Origin: Patescibacteria group bacterium
GTDB lineage: Bacteria > Patescibacteriota > Minisyncoccia > Phycocordibacterales > Phycocordibacteraceae
Length of the DNA: 64,000 nucleotides
Direction: 5' to 3'
Assembly: GCA_029260935.1 (NCBI GenBank)
Contig: JAJDCJ010000012.1
Span: 33,315 to 97,314, forward strand
This document shows, one piece after another, positions 1-10,474 of the stretch (positions are counted from its first letter, which is position 1; the number at the start of each line of letters is the position of its first letter). The notes below the pieces were generated by a model that saw only the letters and a program-made list of their open reading frames with translations, searched no databases and was not told the DNA's origin. The position numbers and the translations under genes are program-made.

Positions 1-583
1 AACAGGACACGGCAACAGTGGAGAGCTCGTATGGATGCGCGAGCAGGTAAAACCAAACTTCACAATGCCCGCCTATGGCTTTCACTCAATGCTTCGCTCA
101 CATGCACATGCTCATATTGAAAGCGGGTACCCCAAAGAGAATATTGTTCTTACCGACAACGGTATGGTTGTTGAAATTAAAAACGGCACCGAGATGAAAA
201 TCCTAAAAGAGCGCGTACCATCAGGGCCTATGATGGTTGACGGTTTTTCAATTGGCGATATGCAAGAGGTGGTGATACGCGACCGACAGTCGCTTGCCAA
301 AGATGGTATGTTTGTCATCATCGCAACAGTTAATATCCGCACTGGCCAATTAAAAAAATCACCTGATATTATCTCACGCGGATTCGTGTACCTACGAGAG
401 TCGCAAGGACTCCTATCTGAAACACGTTTACTGATCAAAAAATCAATTGAAGATATGACCCAAGGTATGAATCCTATTGATCTTGAGTATGTAAAATCAA
501 ACCTCACCGATACAGTGGAGAGATACCTACTTCAAAAAACGAGTAAGCGCCCGATGGTTATTCCCGTCCTCATTGGGGTCTGA
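1..583 (+). CDS. rnj: Ribonuclease J, C-terminal portion (5' end cut by window edge)
   Basis: Translation ...VVIRDRQSLAKDGMFVIIATVNIRTGQLKKSPDIISRGFVYLRES... matches the conserved C-terminal domain of RNase J; frame is open to position 1. Confidence 0.75.
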   Translation, partial: TGHGNSGELVWMREQVKPNFTMPAYGFHSMLRSHAHAHIESGYPKENIVLTDNGMVVEIKNGTEMKILKERVPSGPMMVDGFSIGDMQEVVIRDRQSLAKDGMFVIIATVNIRTGQLKKSPDIISRGFVYLRESQGLLSETRLLIKKSIEDMTQGMNPIDLEYVKSNLTDTVERYLLQKTSKRPMVIPVLIGV

Positions 584-705
584 TAACACATTCCCGAACA
601 AGTTGAGAAGTATTTCATACCACGTCTCGTCCGTGCACAAAAATACACATCTTAAAGATGTGTATTTTTGTGAGAGTTTGACACGGTATACTAGTATAGA
701 AATAT

Positions 706-1896
706 ATGCAGATAAATCATGTTGCACGGCACCCAAGGAAGTTTCTAAGCGCCTTTACGACACTTCTTTTATTGAACTTCATCCTCGCACTTCACCACGC
801 CTCAATTACCTACACCAACTCATCCCTTCTTGGACAATTTATGTCTCCTGAAGGAGTCAGTCTCCTCTATGTCATTGCATCCATAATTGTAGTTGGAGTA
901 TTGGCGCTCGGACCTCAGCTGGTGCACACCGTCGGAGTGTTACGGCTTTTTATTCTGAGTATCATCATTTTACAGATCTCTATATTTTTCCTTGGTTTTT
1001 CAAAAAATATCTGGAGCGCTGCAGCATTTTTTATACTCCAGGCAGTATTCATGTTTATTTTACGCTACCTCCTTGACCTCTACCTAGAGTCACTTTCAAA
1101 AGATGAGTCAAAAACTGGCAACACCAGAAGCCTCTTTATCACCGGGGGAAGTTTAGGGTGGCTTTTGGGTCCCGTTATTGCCTCTGTCCTTATCGTCGGT
1201 AGTTTTTTTGGTCCTCTCTATGCATTTTCAGCTTTGATCCTTACTCCGGCATTTTTAATCGCCATGACCACTCTAAAGCGGTTTACTCCTTCTATTCCAA
1301 AAACACCACGTATTATTGACGGATTCAAAAAGATTCTCTACTACAGGAAAAACGTGCGTGCAGTCATGTTTGTACATCTTCTTATGCACTTGTTTAATGT
1401 AATTATTATCATTTATGCACCACTCTATCTTTTTGAAGTGGGCGGTTACTCGTGGCAAGCAATTGGAAGTTTAATAGCGCTTGCGATGTTGCCCTATTTA
1501 ATAATAGAGATCCCCCTTGGTTTTTTTGCAGACCACTCAATAGGAGAAAAAGAAATTATGGTAGGAGGACTTGCTATATTAGGCATAACGACCGCACTCC
1601 TGTCATTCGTGCCACTCACACTCTTTTTCACATGGAGTCTACTATTTATCGCAACACGTATTGGTGGGGCAATGTTAGAAATTGGTACTGAAAGTTATTT
1701 CTTTAAACAAGTCAACGAACAGGATACTGAGATTATTAGTATCTTTCGTATACTGTGGCCCTTAGGTGGTGTCATAGCGCCATTAATTGCACTTTTAGTG
1801 CTTCCTCTAGTGGGGCTTGGAAATATCTTTGCGGTCTTCGGTGTAATTTTCCTTATGGGGATTCCTGTTGCACTCAAAATTGTGGACACCCGTTAG
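706..1896 (+). CDS. polytopic membrane transporter-like protein (MFS-like, about 12 predicted TM segments)
   Basis: 396-aa ORF, hydrophobic throughout with repeated TM-length segments; no recognisable catalytic motif. Confidence 0.45.
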   Translation: MQINHVARHPRKFLSAFTTLLLLNFILALHHASITYTNSSLLGQFMSPEGVSLLYVIASIIVVGVLALGPQLVHTVGVLRLFILSIIILQISIFFLGFSKNIWSAAAFFILQAVFMFILRYLLDLYLESLSKDESKTGNTRSLFITGGSLGWLLGPVIASVLIVGSFFGPLYAFSALILTPAFLIAMTTLKRFTPSIPKTPRIIDGFKKILYYRKNVRAVMFVHLLMHLFNVIIIIYAPLYLFEVGGYSWQAIGSLIALAMLPYLIIEIPLGFFADHSIGEKEIMVGGLAILGITTALLSFVPLTLFFTWSLLFIATRIGGAMLEIGTESYFFKQVNEQDTEIISIFRILWPLGGVIAPLIALLVLPLVGLGNIFAVFGVIFLMGIPVALKIVDTR

Positions 1897-1950
1897 ACTC
1901 CTCCGTCTACTGGATGATGTTAGGTCCTATGTTTTGGTATACTAAAACAT

Positions 1951-2463
1951 ATGTTAGAGGCCTGGATGAATTTTGCAATTGTTGTTTTTGTGCAGCTTCT
2001 CCTTTTCATTATCCATGCATATTATGAAAAAAAACTTTCTGAGGTACCTCGCATTCTCGGATATGGTGTTCTCAGCGGGATAGCGCTTGGCCTTCTCTTT
2101 GACCTTGTATTAGGAAAATTCTTTGGCTTATGGTCGTATACGCTTGGATTTGGTGCGTTCTTCTTAACCCTCAACGCTGCCCTTTTGTATGGACTCTTTG
2201 CAGCGAATACATTACTCATGAAACAGGTGCGTTTACTACACTTTTTTATCTGGACTATGGTAGTGGCATTAGTATTTGAAATCACCAATCTTCTCTTTCA
2301 TTCGTGGACATGGGAATTTGCATTGTCACCCACCAAACTCTTGTTCGTACTTTCAGCTGGTAATTTTGGAGGTGCAGTTCTTGTGGCAGTAGTCTGGCAC
2401 ATGTTTGGACATCGATTTTTGTTTATTGATAATTTGCTCAAAAATAATCAACTACTGGACTGA
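1951..2463 (+). CDS. small integral membrane protein, unknown function
   Basis: 170 aa with four or more hydrophobic helices. Confidence 0.4.
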   Translation: MLEAWMNFAIVVFVQLLLFIIHAYYEKKLSEVPRILGYGVLSGIALGLLFDLVLGKFFGLWSYTLGFGAFFLTLNAALLYGLFAANTLLMKQVRLLHFFIWTMVVALVFEITNLLFHSWTWEFALSPTKLLFVLSAGNFGGAVLVAVVWHMFGHRFLFIDNLLKNNQLLD

Positions 2464-2547
2464 GGTGCGGTAGTTTTGGTTCGTCCGATGAGGACGAACG
2501 ATTTGCTCACGGTGTGTACTTAAACCTCTTTGTGGTTATAACTTTTT

Positions 2548-2590
2548 CCACCATTACGGATGTCTGACATCCGTAATGGTGGGGCTTTTT
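2548..2590. terminator. perfect hairpin CCACCATTACGGATGTCTGACATCCGTAATGGTGG followed by a T-run
   Basis: Inverted repeat read directly; sits between convergent genes. Confidence 0.6.
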
Positions 2591-2618
2591 TGCTAAAAAT
2601 CTCACAGAATATTAAAGG

Positions 2619-3437
2619 TTACGGCAACCTATACCATCTTCCTTTCTTTTCTAACAAGCCCTCCTTAAGTAAAGCGTTGACTTGAGTTTTGGTCCGTTCT
2701 TTCTCAAACGGGAGTTTTTGAAGTTGGAGGATAGTTTGCGGATTGTCACTCACTGCGCGTAGTAGTGCCCCGCGGATTTCTCTATCTGAACCTTTGAACG
2801 ACTTTTGTTTTATGTGGTGGGTGCTTTTTCTTGATGGGTTAGGATGAGTTTTCTTGAGGTAAGAACCATAGTCCATCAAGGATGCATACCACGCACGTGG
2901 TTCAGTATTTTTAGGAATACCCGACTGTATCATATATGATACAATTTCTTTGTCAGAAATATTCTCTTTTTTTGTAAAAAAGTGATGAAGGAATACCGCG
3001 CGGATGTTGGTTTCAATCATCACTTCTGGTTTGTTATAGGCAAACACTCGTATTGCACGTGCGGTATATTCACCCACCCCCGACAGAGCAACCAATGCAT
3101 CATACTCTCGTGGCATCCGACCACTATGATTAATCATAGTGGTCTTTACTGCCTCATGAAGCATTTTTGCACGACGATTATACCCAAGGCCCTGCCACAC
3201 ACGGAGCACATCCCCCAGTGAAGCTTCAGCAAGCGCCTGTATAGTAGGAAACTTTTTAAGAAATGCTTTGTAATACGGAATGACTCTCTCAACTTGTGTT
3301 TGCTGCAACATCACCTCAGAAACTAAAATACGGTATGGGTTTTTAGTGGTCCGCCACGGCAGTGTGTGCCTTCCCTCTTTTCGGTAAAAAGTAAGTACCG
3401 TTTTTTGAAACTCCATTATTTTTTGGTGCGGGGCCAT
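2619..3437 (-). CDS. HhH-GPD superfamily DNA glycosylase (MutY/Nth-like, no 4-Cys Fe-S motif seen)
   Basis: LSGVGEYTARAI helix-hairpin-helix motif followed by a Gly/Pro-rich loop and Asp. Confidence 0.6.
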   Translation of the reverse strand: MAPHQKIMEFQKTVLTFYRKEGRHTLPWRTTKNPYRILVSEVMLQQTQVERVIPYYKAFLKKFPTIQALAEASLGDVLRVWQGLGYNRRAKMLHEAVKTTMINHSGRMPREYDALVALSGVGEYTARAIRVFAYNKPEVMIETNIRAVFLHHFFTKKENISDKEIVSYMIQSGIPKNTEPRAWYASLMDYGSYLKKTHPNPSRKSTHHIKQKSFKGSDREIRGALLRAVSDNPQTILQLQKLPFEKERTKTQVNALLKEGLLEKKGRWYRLP

Positions 3438-4153
3438 ATATTCACTGCCTTTGGGTATATTTTTGTTAATGCGTGTTCTTTACAATCGTGTGGACGAGCC
3501 GAACATACATAACGTCCATACAAAACGAGCCCATTATTTACGTACTGCCAGTCTTTTTTAGGAACCAGTGCCTCAAGTTCTTTTGAAATCTTCGTTAAAT
3601 CATTACTATCTGCTAAATCAAACCGCTTTGCAAAACGCTTCACATGAGTGTCAGTAGGAATACCCTCCCATATATTAAACAGCTCACCCAAAATAACATT
3701 CGCTGTCTTGTAGGCTACCCCAGGGAGACGTTCAAGCTCCTCTTTACTGCGCGGTATACGTCCACCAAAATCATCTATAATCATTTTTGCAGATCCAATA
3801 ATTGCCTTTGTTTTATTCCTATAAAACGGAATAGATGAAAGTTCCCGCTCCAGGACACTCGGTGTTGCTCCAGCAAAGTCTTTGGCTGTACGATATTTTT
3901 TAAAAAGAGTTTTCGTTGTGTTATTTACTGCTTTGTCAGTGCATTGCGCGCTCAACATCACCGCCACCGCAAACTGGAACTGCGTACGGTACCGAAGCTC
4001 GCTCTTGGGGCGAGGGTACATCTTTTTTAGTGCACCTACTATCGCCCGAGCGCGAGTACTTCTTTTATTCCGCGCCGAACTCCTTGAGGTCGTTGAGGAC
4101 TTCTTCTGCGTGGATTTCCGGTTTAACTTTTTCATAGATTTTGGCAACCTCAC
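3416..4153 (-). CDS. nth: endonuclease III-like HhH-GPD glycosylase; probable true start near 4021 (MYPRPKSEL)
   Basis: LPGVAYKTANVILGELF HhH motif. The annotated N-terminal basic extension overlaps bcp by 89 bp, so an internal start is likely. Confidence 0.65.
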   Translation of the reverse strand: MRLPKSMKKLNRKSTQKKSSTTSRSSARNKRSTRARAIVGALKKMYPRPKSELRYRTQFQFAVAVMLSAQCTDKAVNNTTKTLFKKYRTAKDFAGATPSVLERELSSIPFYRNKTKAIIGSAKMIIDDFGGRIPRSKEELERLPGVAYKTANVILGELFNIWEGIPTDTHVKRFAKRFDLADSNDLTKISKELEALVPKKDWQYVNNGLVLYGRYVCSARPHDCKEHALTKIYPKAVNIWPRTKK

Positions 4154-4535
4154 CTTCAGGGTTTATTAAAAATGACGTACGCACAATACCCATATACGCT
4201 TTACCCATCATCTTTTTTTCCTGCCATACGCCGTACTTGGTAACTGTCTCACCCGACTCATCGGCAAGTAAAGGGAATGGCAAACTATATTTTTCGGCAA
4301 AGCGTTTGTGGCTTGCCACTGAATCTTTAGAAATACCCAGCACGTCAGCGTGCATGTTCTCAAACTGCGGAAACGTGTCACGGAGCATGCATGCCTCTTT
4401 TGTGCACCCCGGAGTGTCGTCTTTTGGATAAAAATAGAGTAACGTCCAGCGCCCGCGGTACTTGGAAAGCGTATGAGACTTCCCCGCTTGGTCAGGCAGG
4501 GTAAAATCGGGAGCACTCTTCCCAACAGCAATCAT
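4065..4535 (-). CDS. bcp: thiol peroxidase / peroxiredoxin Bcp
   Basis: FYPKDDTPGCTKEAC peroxidatic Cys motif; 156 aa. Confidence 0.8.
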   Translation of the reverse strand: MIAVGKSAPDFTLPDQAGKSHTLSKYRGRWTLLYFYPKDDTPGCTKEACMLRDTFPQFENMHADVLGISKDSVASHKRFAEKYSLPFPLLADESGETVTKYGVWQEKKMMGKAYMGIVRTSFLINPEGEVAKIYEKVKPEIHAEEVLNDLKEFGAE

Positions 4536-4548
4536 ATCCTTGAGTATA

Positions 4549-5298
4549 TCACGAACCCTTTTCTTCTTTTTTGTTTTCTTTTTCTTTTTCGCTTATTTCT
4601 TTTATTTTTTCTGCTTCTTTTTCAACTTGTTTATCTGCGGTTCGTGCCGTTTTTTCAGCAATATTTCGTTTGACATAAAGGTTCATCAGTGAAAATACCA
4701 CCATACTGGCAAAAACAACACCAACAATGTTTACAAAAAGAAACACAGAAGCGCCAATTACTACATCCCAATTAAGTGCAGCAAGTCCTACACCCATTGA
4801 AGCAACCGGCGGAATAATAGCCACAGCAACGGCAATACCCGGCAATGTCGCACTCAACTCAGGTTTAATCAGTGTGTAGGCAACGGCAAAACCTGCAACT
4901 ATAGCGATTGCAACCGATACAAGTGTTGTGTGTGTGCGCAATAACACTTCGGGGGTAATAGTGTCACCAATTCCGAAAAATAGCGCCGCTAAAAATGAAG
5001 CGAGTAATCCAAGAATAAGCGCCTTTGCAAGTGTCCTGGTTGCGCGAGCAATAAGAACATAATCACTCATTACGACCGAAAGTGAGAGTGAGAGTATAGG
5101 AAATAAAATGGGAGCAATCAGCATACTGCCGATGACTACCGCGGGGCTATTTTCAAGCACACCGAATGTTGCCATAAGCACTGATAAAATAACAAGGAAA
5201 AAGAAATCAAAGTTCGGTGTTGATGCTTCAATTAACTTTTTTACTGCAACTGATTTGTCATGCTCTGATATTGCGCGAATGTGATTAAGAAAACCCAT
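4549..5298 (-). CDS. DUF389-like integral membrane protein with K/E-rich C-terminal tail
   Basis: Multiple TM helices and a charged tail EKEAEKIKEISEKEKENKKEEKGS. Confidence 0.4.
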   Translation of the reverse strand: MGFLNHIRAISEHDKSVAVKKLIEASTPNFDFFFLVILSVLMATFGVLENSPAVVIGSMLIAPILFPILSLSLSVVMSDYVLIARATRTLAKALILGLLASFLAALFFGIGDTITPEVLLRTHTTLVSVAIAIVAGFAVAYTLIKPELSATLPGIAVAVAIIPPVASMGVGLAALNWDVVIGASVFLFVNIVGVVFASMVVFSLMNLYVKRNIAEKTARTADKQVEKEAEKIKEISEKEKENKKEEKGS

Positions 5299-5328
5299 GT
5301 ATATCTGTAGTTATTTTAAAAAACTTTT

Positions 5329-5796
5329 CTATAGAGCATGATTTTCAACAACATCTTGGATACGGGTATTTTTTGTGCGCTCAAGGTAGAAAAGCCCTAT
5401 TGATAATAAGAATAGCATAGTTGAGAAAAGCAGTGAGAGGAGGCAATATTGACAGTACGCGTTGATAATAAATGCCTGAAGATAGAGGAAATATAGTGAG
5501 AGTATGAAGCCCGGAATGGTGAAAAAAAGGAAAAGTTGTGCCAGGTGAAGTTTTTTGTCTGAAAAACCCCATAGAGCAAAACCAAATATCGCTGAATAGA
5601 AAAAGACACCAAAAATGGCAAGAGGAATTCCAAAAACGCGCGAATAAGAACTTGCAGCAACCAAGTCGCATCCCTGAACAAAGTTACACACTGGAGAAAT
5701 ACCCGCAAGTGCGGTGTAGGCAAGGTACCCCGCGTCTATAATCCCAAGAAAACTAAAAAGGGTAAGGCCTGAGAAAATCCATATACGCGTATTCAT
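5329..5796 (-). CDS. vitamin K epoxide reductase (VKOR)-family membrane thiol oxidoreductase
   Basis: 4-TM protein with CNFVQGC and CQYC motif pairs typical of VKOR/DsbB-type proteins. Confidence 0.55.
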   Translation of the reverse strand: MNTRIWIFSGLTLFSFLGIIDAGYLAYTALAGISPVCNFVQGCDLVAASSYSRVFGIPLAIFGVFFYSAIFGFALWGFSDKKLHLAQLFLFFTIPGFILSLYFLYLQAFIINAYCQYCLLSLLFSTMLFLLSIGLFYLERTKNTRIQDVVENHAL

Positions 5797-5841
5797 GGGT
5801 TCAAGTATACTGTAAAAAAAATTTTATAAACTCCCCTTTTA

Positions 5842-6258
5842 ATGTTTTGTAGGTATACTATATGTATGGACAAAAAACCACCTAACGAAGAAGAATTAAA
5901 GGCAAAACTCACTGAGGAAGAGTATGCAGTACTTCGCGGTGGAGGAACAGAAGCGCCGTTTAGCGGAGCGCATCTTAATGTAGAAGGAGACGGTATTTTT
6001 CAGTGTAAAGTGTGCGACAACCAACTGTTTGCAACTGGTACAAAATTTGACTCCGGTACAGGGTGGCCAAGTTTTGATAGTGCTATTCCTGGCGCTGTTA
6101 CCATACTGAGAGATACGTCCCATGGCATGGAGCGCTCTGAGGTAGTATGTGCACAATGTAATTCACACCTCGGTCATGTGTTTGATGACGGCCCAACCAC
6201 GACCGGAAAACGTTATTGTATAAACTCAGTCTGTCTCAATGTAGAAGAGAAAAAATAA
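5842..6258 (+). CDS. msrB: peptide-methionine (R)-S-oxide reductase MsrB
   Basis: CxxC...CxxC zinc motif plus GTGWPSF and RYCINS catalytic-region motifs. Confidence 0.85.
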   Translation: MFCRYTICMDKKPPNEEELKAKLTEEEYAVLRGGGTEAPFSGAHLNVEGDGIFQCKVCDNQLFATGTKFDSGTGWPSFDSAIPGAVTILRDTSHGMERSEVVCAQCNSHLGHVFDDGPTTTGKRYCINSVCLNVEEKK

Positions 6259-6287
6259 CTTCTTTAGTTACGGTCTTTATATAGAGA

Positions 6288-8066
6288 TTATTTTCCTTTT
6301 GCACGTGATGATTCGTTGAGAACCTTTTTACGTAACCTAACGTTGTGTGGAGTAATTTCCAAATACTCATCTTCACTCATTATTTCCATACCACGCTCAA
6401 TGGTAAGTTCCCACGCAGGAGTCAGTTGTATAGCGTCATCATTTCCTGAGGATCGTACGTTGGTGAGGTTTTTTCCTTTAGTAGGATTGGCAACCATTTC
6501 TTCTCCTTTTGAAGTGTTCCCAATTACCTGACCTTCATACACTTCAGTTGCTGGAGGAATATAGATTACACCGCGGTCTTGTAAGTTCCACAAAGCATAG
6601 CCAAGTGCTTTTCCTGTTGCCATTGAGGTCATTGATCCCACTTGGCGCTTTTTAATTTCGCCCACAAACGGCTTAAATCCAATAACGCGACTTGAGAGTA
6701 TTCCATCTCCTTTCGTATCCACCACAAACTGGTTTTTATATCCTAAAAGACCTCGTGTTGGGCCTTCTAGCGTAATACGTACAGCATTGGTTCCTTCAGT
6801 GCGCATATCTTTCATTTGAAAACCACGTCTTCCTAATTTTTCAATAACCGTTCCCTGAAACTCAGCAGGCGTATCAATAATAACCTCTTCAAATGGCTCA
6901 GTTTTCTTTCCATCCTCTTCTCGTATAATCACGCGCGGTTGAGAAATCTGCATTTCATACCCTTCTCGGCGCATATTCTCCAAAAGTACTGCAATATGTA
7001 ATTCTCCACGACCTGAAACGTCAAACATATCGGGGCTTGTGAAATTAATTTTAAGTCCCACGTTTACTTCAAGTTCTTTCTCCAAACGCTCGCGTAGCTG
7101 GCGACTCGTTACAAATTTTCCATCACGCCCGGCAAGAGGAGAATTATTTACTAAAAAGTTTAATGTAATGGTAGGCTCATCAACGGCAATTGCAGGAAGC
7201 GCCTCTGTTGCCTGGTTAACACTCACCGTCTCACCAATAAAAATATCAGGGAGCCCTGCCAGCATGACAATGTCACCAGCTACTACTTCCTCAACTTCTA
7301 CTTTTTCAAGCCCTTTAAAGTTAAACATTTTTGTAACTTTTCCCTGTCTAATTTTTCCATCCATATCTTTTATAAAAACAGTAGATTGTGGAGAGAGCGT
7401 TCCGTCGTACACCCTACCAACTGCTAACCTACCAAGGAAATTGTCGTACCCGAGGTTAAACGGCTGGAAACGAAATGTCTTATCAACTGAACCAGACGCA
7501 GGAGGCACTTTTTCCAAAATCATATCCAAAAGAGGTGTGAGGTCTTTTGAGTCATCGCTCAAGTTTTTCTTTGCAACACCATCTCTCCCTATTGCATAGA
7601 TGACTGGAAAACTAGACTGCTCATTAGTCGCACCTAATTCCAAAAAGAGCTCTAGCACCTGTTCTTCTGCACGGTCAGGATCAGCAGCCGGTTTGTCAAT
7701 TTTATTTAAAATAACAATCGGTTTGAGCCCAAGCTCCAGTGATTTTTTTAATACAAAACGAGTCTGTGGCATCGGACCTTCTTGGGCATCAACAACGAGC
7801 AATACTGAGTCAATTGAACGTAAGACCCGCTCCACTTCACTACCAAAGTCGGCGTGCCCTGGTGTGTCAACGATATTGATCTTTGCGTCCTTATAGTTAA
7901 GTGAGCCGTTTTTTGCATAGATAGTAATACCGCGCTCTTTTTCAATAGAATCGGTGTCCATGGAAAAACCTTCTGCAACCATGCCGGTCTGGCGCATCAA
8001 AGCATCGGTAATAGTTGTTTTACCATGGTCAACGTGAGCAATAATTGCGATATTATACGTTTTCAT
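6288..8066 (-). CDS. typA: translational GTPase TypA/BipA
   Basis: NIAIIAHVDHGKTT G1 motif, DTPGHADF G3 motif, length 592 aa. Confidence 0.9.
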   Translation of the reverse strand: MKTYNIAIIAHVDHGKTTITDALMRQTGMVAEGFSMDTDSIEKERGITIYAKNGSLNYKDAKINIVDTPGHADFGSEVERVLRSIDSVLLVVDAQEGPMPQTRFVLKKSLELGLKPIVILNKIDKPAADPDRAEEQVLELFLELGATNEQSSFPVIYAIGRDGVAKKNLSDDSKDLTPLLDMILEKVPPASGSVDKTFRFQPFNLGYDNFLGRLAVGRVYDGTLSPQSTVFIKDMDGKIRQGKVTKMFNFKGLEKVEVEEVVAGDIVMLAGLPDIFIGETVSVNQATEALPAIAVDEPTITLNFLVNNSPLAGRDGKFVTSRQLRERLEKELEVNVGLKINFTSPDMFDVSGRGELHIAVLLENMRREGYEMQISQPRVIIREEDGKKTEPFEEVIIDTPAEFQGTVIEKLGRRGFQMKDMRTEGTNAVRITLEGPTRGLLGYKNQFVVDTKGDGILSSRVIGFKPFVGEIKKRQVGSMTSMATGKALGYALWNLQDRGVIYIPPATEVYEGQVIGNTSKGEEMVANPTKGKNLTNVRSSGNDDAIQLTPAWELTIERGMEIMSEDEYLEITPHNVRLRKKVLNESSRAKGK

Positions 8067-8155
8067 ATAAAAAGCGGCCTCGGGCCGTCAAGGCCATAAT
8101 AATAGCGCGTCTGAACCTTTTTTCCTAACTTATTCCTACAAACTAGTTCTTTTAT

Positions 8156-8443
8156 CTATTTATCTATTGTCCCACCGATAAAGTTTGCAATTTTAAATGC
8201 TGGCTTCGCCATCAAAGACGCAACCAACACAGGAATAAAGAGACGAGACGCACCTGCTAAAAGTTCATCCCAATCTTCTTCAGGAACAATCGGTGGTTGT
8301 ATCGTTTCAATGTCTGTGAGATAATCACCAGCTTCCCATACGCCCCATAAAGCCAATAAAGTGGGAATAAGCAAAGTTATTGCGCCAATTCCAAGTGCAA
8401 ATTTATCTCTAGCTTTTAGTTTTTCCGTATAATTTTCTGCCAT
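8156..8443 (-). CDS. small membrane protein, unknown
   Basis: 95 aa, one central TM segment. Confidence 0.3.
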   Translation of the reverse strand: MAENYTEKLKARDKFALGIGAITLLIPTLLALWGVWEAGDYLTDIETIQPPIVPEEDWDELLAGASRLFIPVLVASLMAKPAFKIANFIGGTIDK

Positions 8444-8755
8444 ATAAATTTAATAGTTAATTTAAAATAAATTATTAATCAAAGTATATCTACCAATGAC
8501 AGTATCTTACCACGATAAACGACTATTTGTCAAGTATTAAAATCGTGACTACCAGACCCAAAATAAGGGTAATGGGTTAAGTCGCTTACCTCCTTCTAGT
8601 ACTCTGCACACCGGAAACCTGGAGTAAACCATCCATATATTGCTAAACATCAGCAATATAGACAACCGCTTCTTTTTCAACCGTCCGAAACTCGCTCCAC
8701 ACATTCAGTATAGTCGCAAAAAGTGACAGACTGACAAAAACAAATAAGAATATCT

Positions 8756-8959
8756 CTAACCTTTACGCCTATGTTTTGCAAACTGAAAACCGCGAACTGC
8801 CAAGTATCCGGCAATCAATACTGCAACCCAGCTCACCCACACCGGAATAGCCACACCCGCAACAACCGCCTCCCATTGGTAGATACCGCGTACCGCGTGC
8901 AGTACCGCAATAATGCTAAAAATAACCGCAACGAGCTGATAGTATGTTTTTGTATTCAT
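8756..8959 (-). CDS. small 2-TM protein, unknown
   Basis: 67 aa, two hydrophobic helices. Confidence 0.3.
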   Translation of the reverse strand: MNTKTYYQLVAVIFSIIAVLHAVRGIYQWEAVVAGVAIPVWVSWVAVLIAGYLAVRGFQFAKHRRKG

Positions 8960-8987
8960 ATGAAAAAAGTATACCCCACCTTACTGT

Positions 8988-9776
8988 CTACCTGGCATTC
9001 AGCTGTGTATACTCCACAACACCCTCATTGGAAAAGTCTGGCCGGCTGTCGGGGATGACGGCGTCGTAAAATAGAGCCGGAATACCGATGTCTGCCACAT
9101 AGACCGTGCCGGACAGTGCTTTGCCCGCTTCGGTTTCAAAGAGCTTTTTTGGAACGGCAAGGGTGAGTGTTGCATCTGCATGCACACATACTCCGGTGCA
9201 CTCACCTGTGGTAGCGTCCGCACCCGACGGAAGGTCGTAGGAAATGACGCGGGCCTTGCTTTTTTGTATTACCTCAATGAGTGTTACAAAAACTCCGCGC
9301 GGAGCACCGAGAAGATGGTACCCAATAAGCGAGTCAATAATAACGTCCGCACCGGTTATTTTTTTCTGCATCTTTTCTTTCTCCTGTTCTTTGTAAACAG
9401 AAATTGGGATATTCATTTTTGTAAGGAGCGCACAGTGGTGTGCGGGGTCCGGTTTTATGTTTTCATCCGCAAGCACCACTGAAATGTTTTTCCATCCGTG
9501 GTTAAAGAGGTGTCGCACAGCGGAAAGCCCGTCGCCTCCTTTATTCCCCTTTCCGCACACCACCACAACCGCATCTTTTTTTGAGATTTTTTCTTTTTCA
9601 AACACACTCACCATATGGAACCCCGCCAGCTCCATCATTTGCCGTATCTCAAGACCGCCCGCAACCGCAACGCGGTCAAGCTCTTCTATTTCTTTTGTCG
9701 TGTAGTGCATAGTTTTAGCGTTTACTAGCCCCATTATACCCATCAAATCCACCCTATGATGGACGCCCAACGTCAA
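8988..9776 (-). CDS. NAD(P)H-hydrate epimerase (YjeF N-terminal domain)
   Basis: VVVCGKGNKGGDGLSAVRHL motif; likely start at the internal MGLVNAKT. Confidence 0.65.
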   Translation of the reverse strand: MTLGVHHRVDLMGIMGLVNAKTMHYTTKEIEELDRVAVAGGLEIRQMMELAGFHMVSVFEKEKISKKDAVVVVCGKGNKGGDGLSAVRHLFNHGWKNISVVLADENIKPDPAHHCALLTKMNIPISVYKEQEKEKMQKKITGADVIIDSLIGYHLLGAPRGVFVTLIEVIQKSKARVISYDLPSGADATTGECTGVCVHADATLTLAVPKKLFETEAGKALSGTVYVADIGIPALFYDAVIPDSRPDFSNEGVVEYTQLNAR

Positions 9777-9780
9777 TCAT

Positions 9781-10473
9781 TTATTGAGTGAGGGAAAAAC
9801 TCTGCGTGGCAAAGTGGCTCACCCACCCGTCAAAGTCAACCAAAAGGAGCTTCGCTGTGTATTTTTTCCCTGACTGTAATTCTGGCGTGCGCGCCGGTGG
9901 ACCAACAGAAAGAGACGCGCGTTGTGTATGCGGATAGGTCCACTGTGTCTCGCGAGTATAGAGCGCCGCGCAGGTCTCTCCCTCCTCATCTTCAACGGCT
10001 AGAAAATAAATAAGTGCGTCAAATTTTTGCGCGTCTTTCCATTTGAACGTTACCGTGCCGTTTGTATGCGGCAAAACACTGAGCACAGTGCGGTCATACA
10101 CGGTGCGTTCTTTAATCGTAATTTCGGGCGAAGCGAGTAGGCGCCCGTGGTGGTTTTTTGCGGTTATTTTGTAGTGCTCTCCAACCTGCGCGTCAGGTAC
10201 AGTAGCCCGTAGAACCACACTCCCTGAAAAATTCTGGGCAGGTATGGGTGTTCTAGGTTCCCATTGAGCGCTTCTTCGTGCCACGACCTGATACTCACTC
10301 CGCCCGGGCCACGGGGTATAAATCAGAGAAACACTGCCGTCTGTTTCCCTTAACCCGCAGGCAATGACTTCCTGATTGGCGTAGAGGCGGACAATAGGGC
10401 GAGCTAGAAAACCCACATACCGCGTCATCCAGCGCATGTTCCATACTAAAAAACGCAGAGCGACGCGCTTCAT
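9781..10473 (-). CDS. hypothetical protein
   Basis: 230-aa ORF tightly packed with its neighbours; no recognisable motif. Confidence 0.4.
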   Translation of the reverse strand: MKRVALRFLVWNMRWMTRYVGFLARPIVRLYANQEVIACGLRETDGSVSLIYTPWPGRSEYQVVARRSAQWEPRTPIPAQNFSGSVVLRATVPDAQVGEHYKITAKNHHGRLLASPEITIKERTVYDRTVLSVLPHTNGTVTFKWKDAQKFDALIYFLAVEDEEGETCAALYTRETQWTYPHTQRASLSVGPPARTPELQSGKKYTAKLLLVDFDGWVSHFATQSFSLTQ

Positions 10474-10474
10474 A

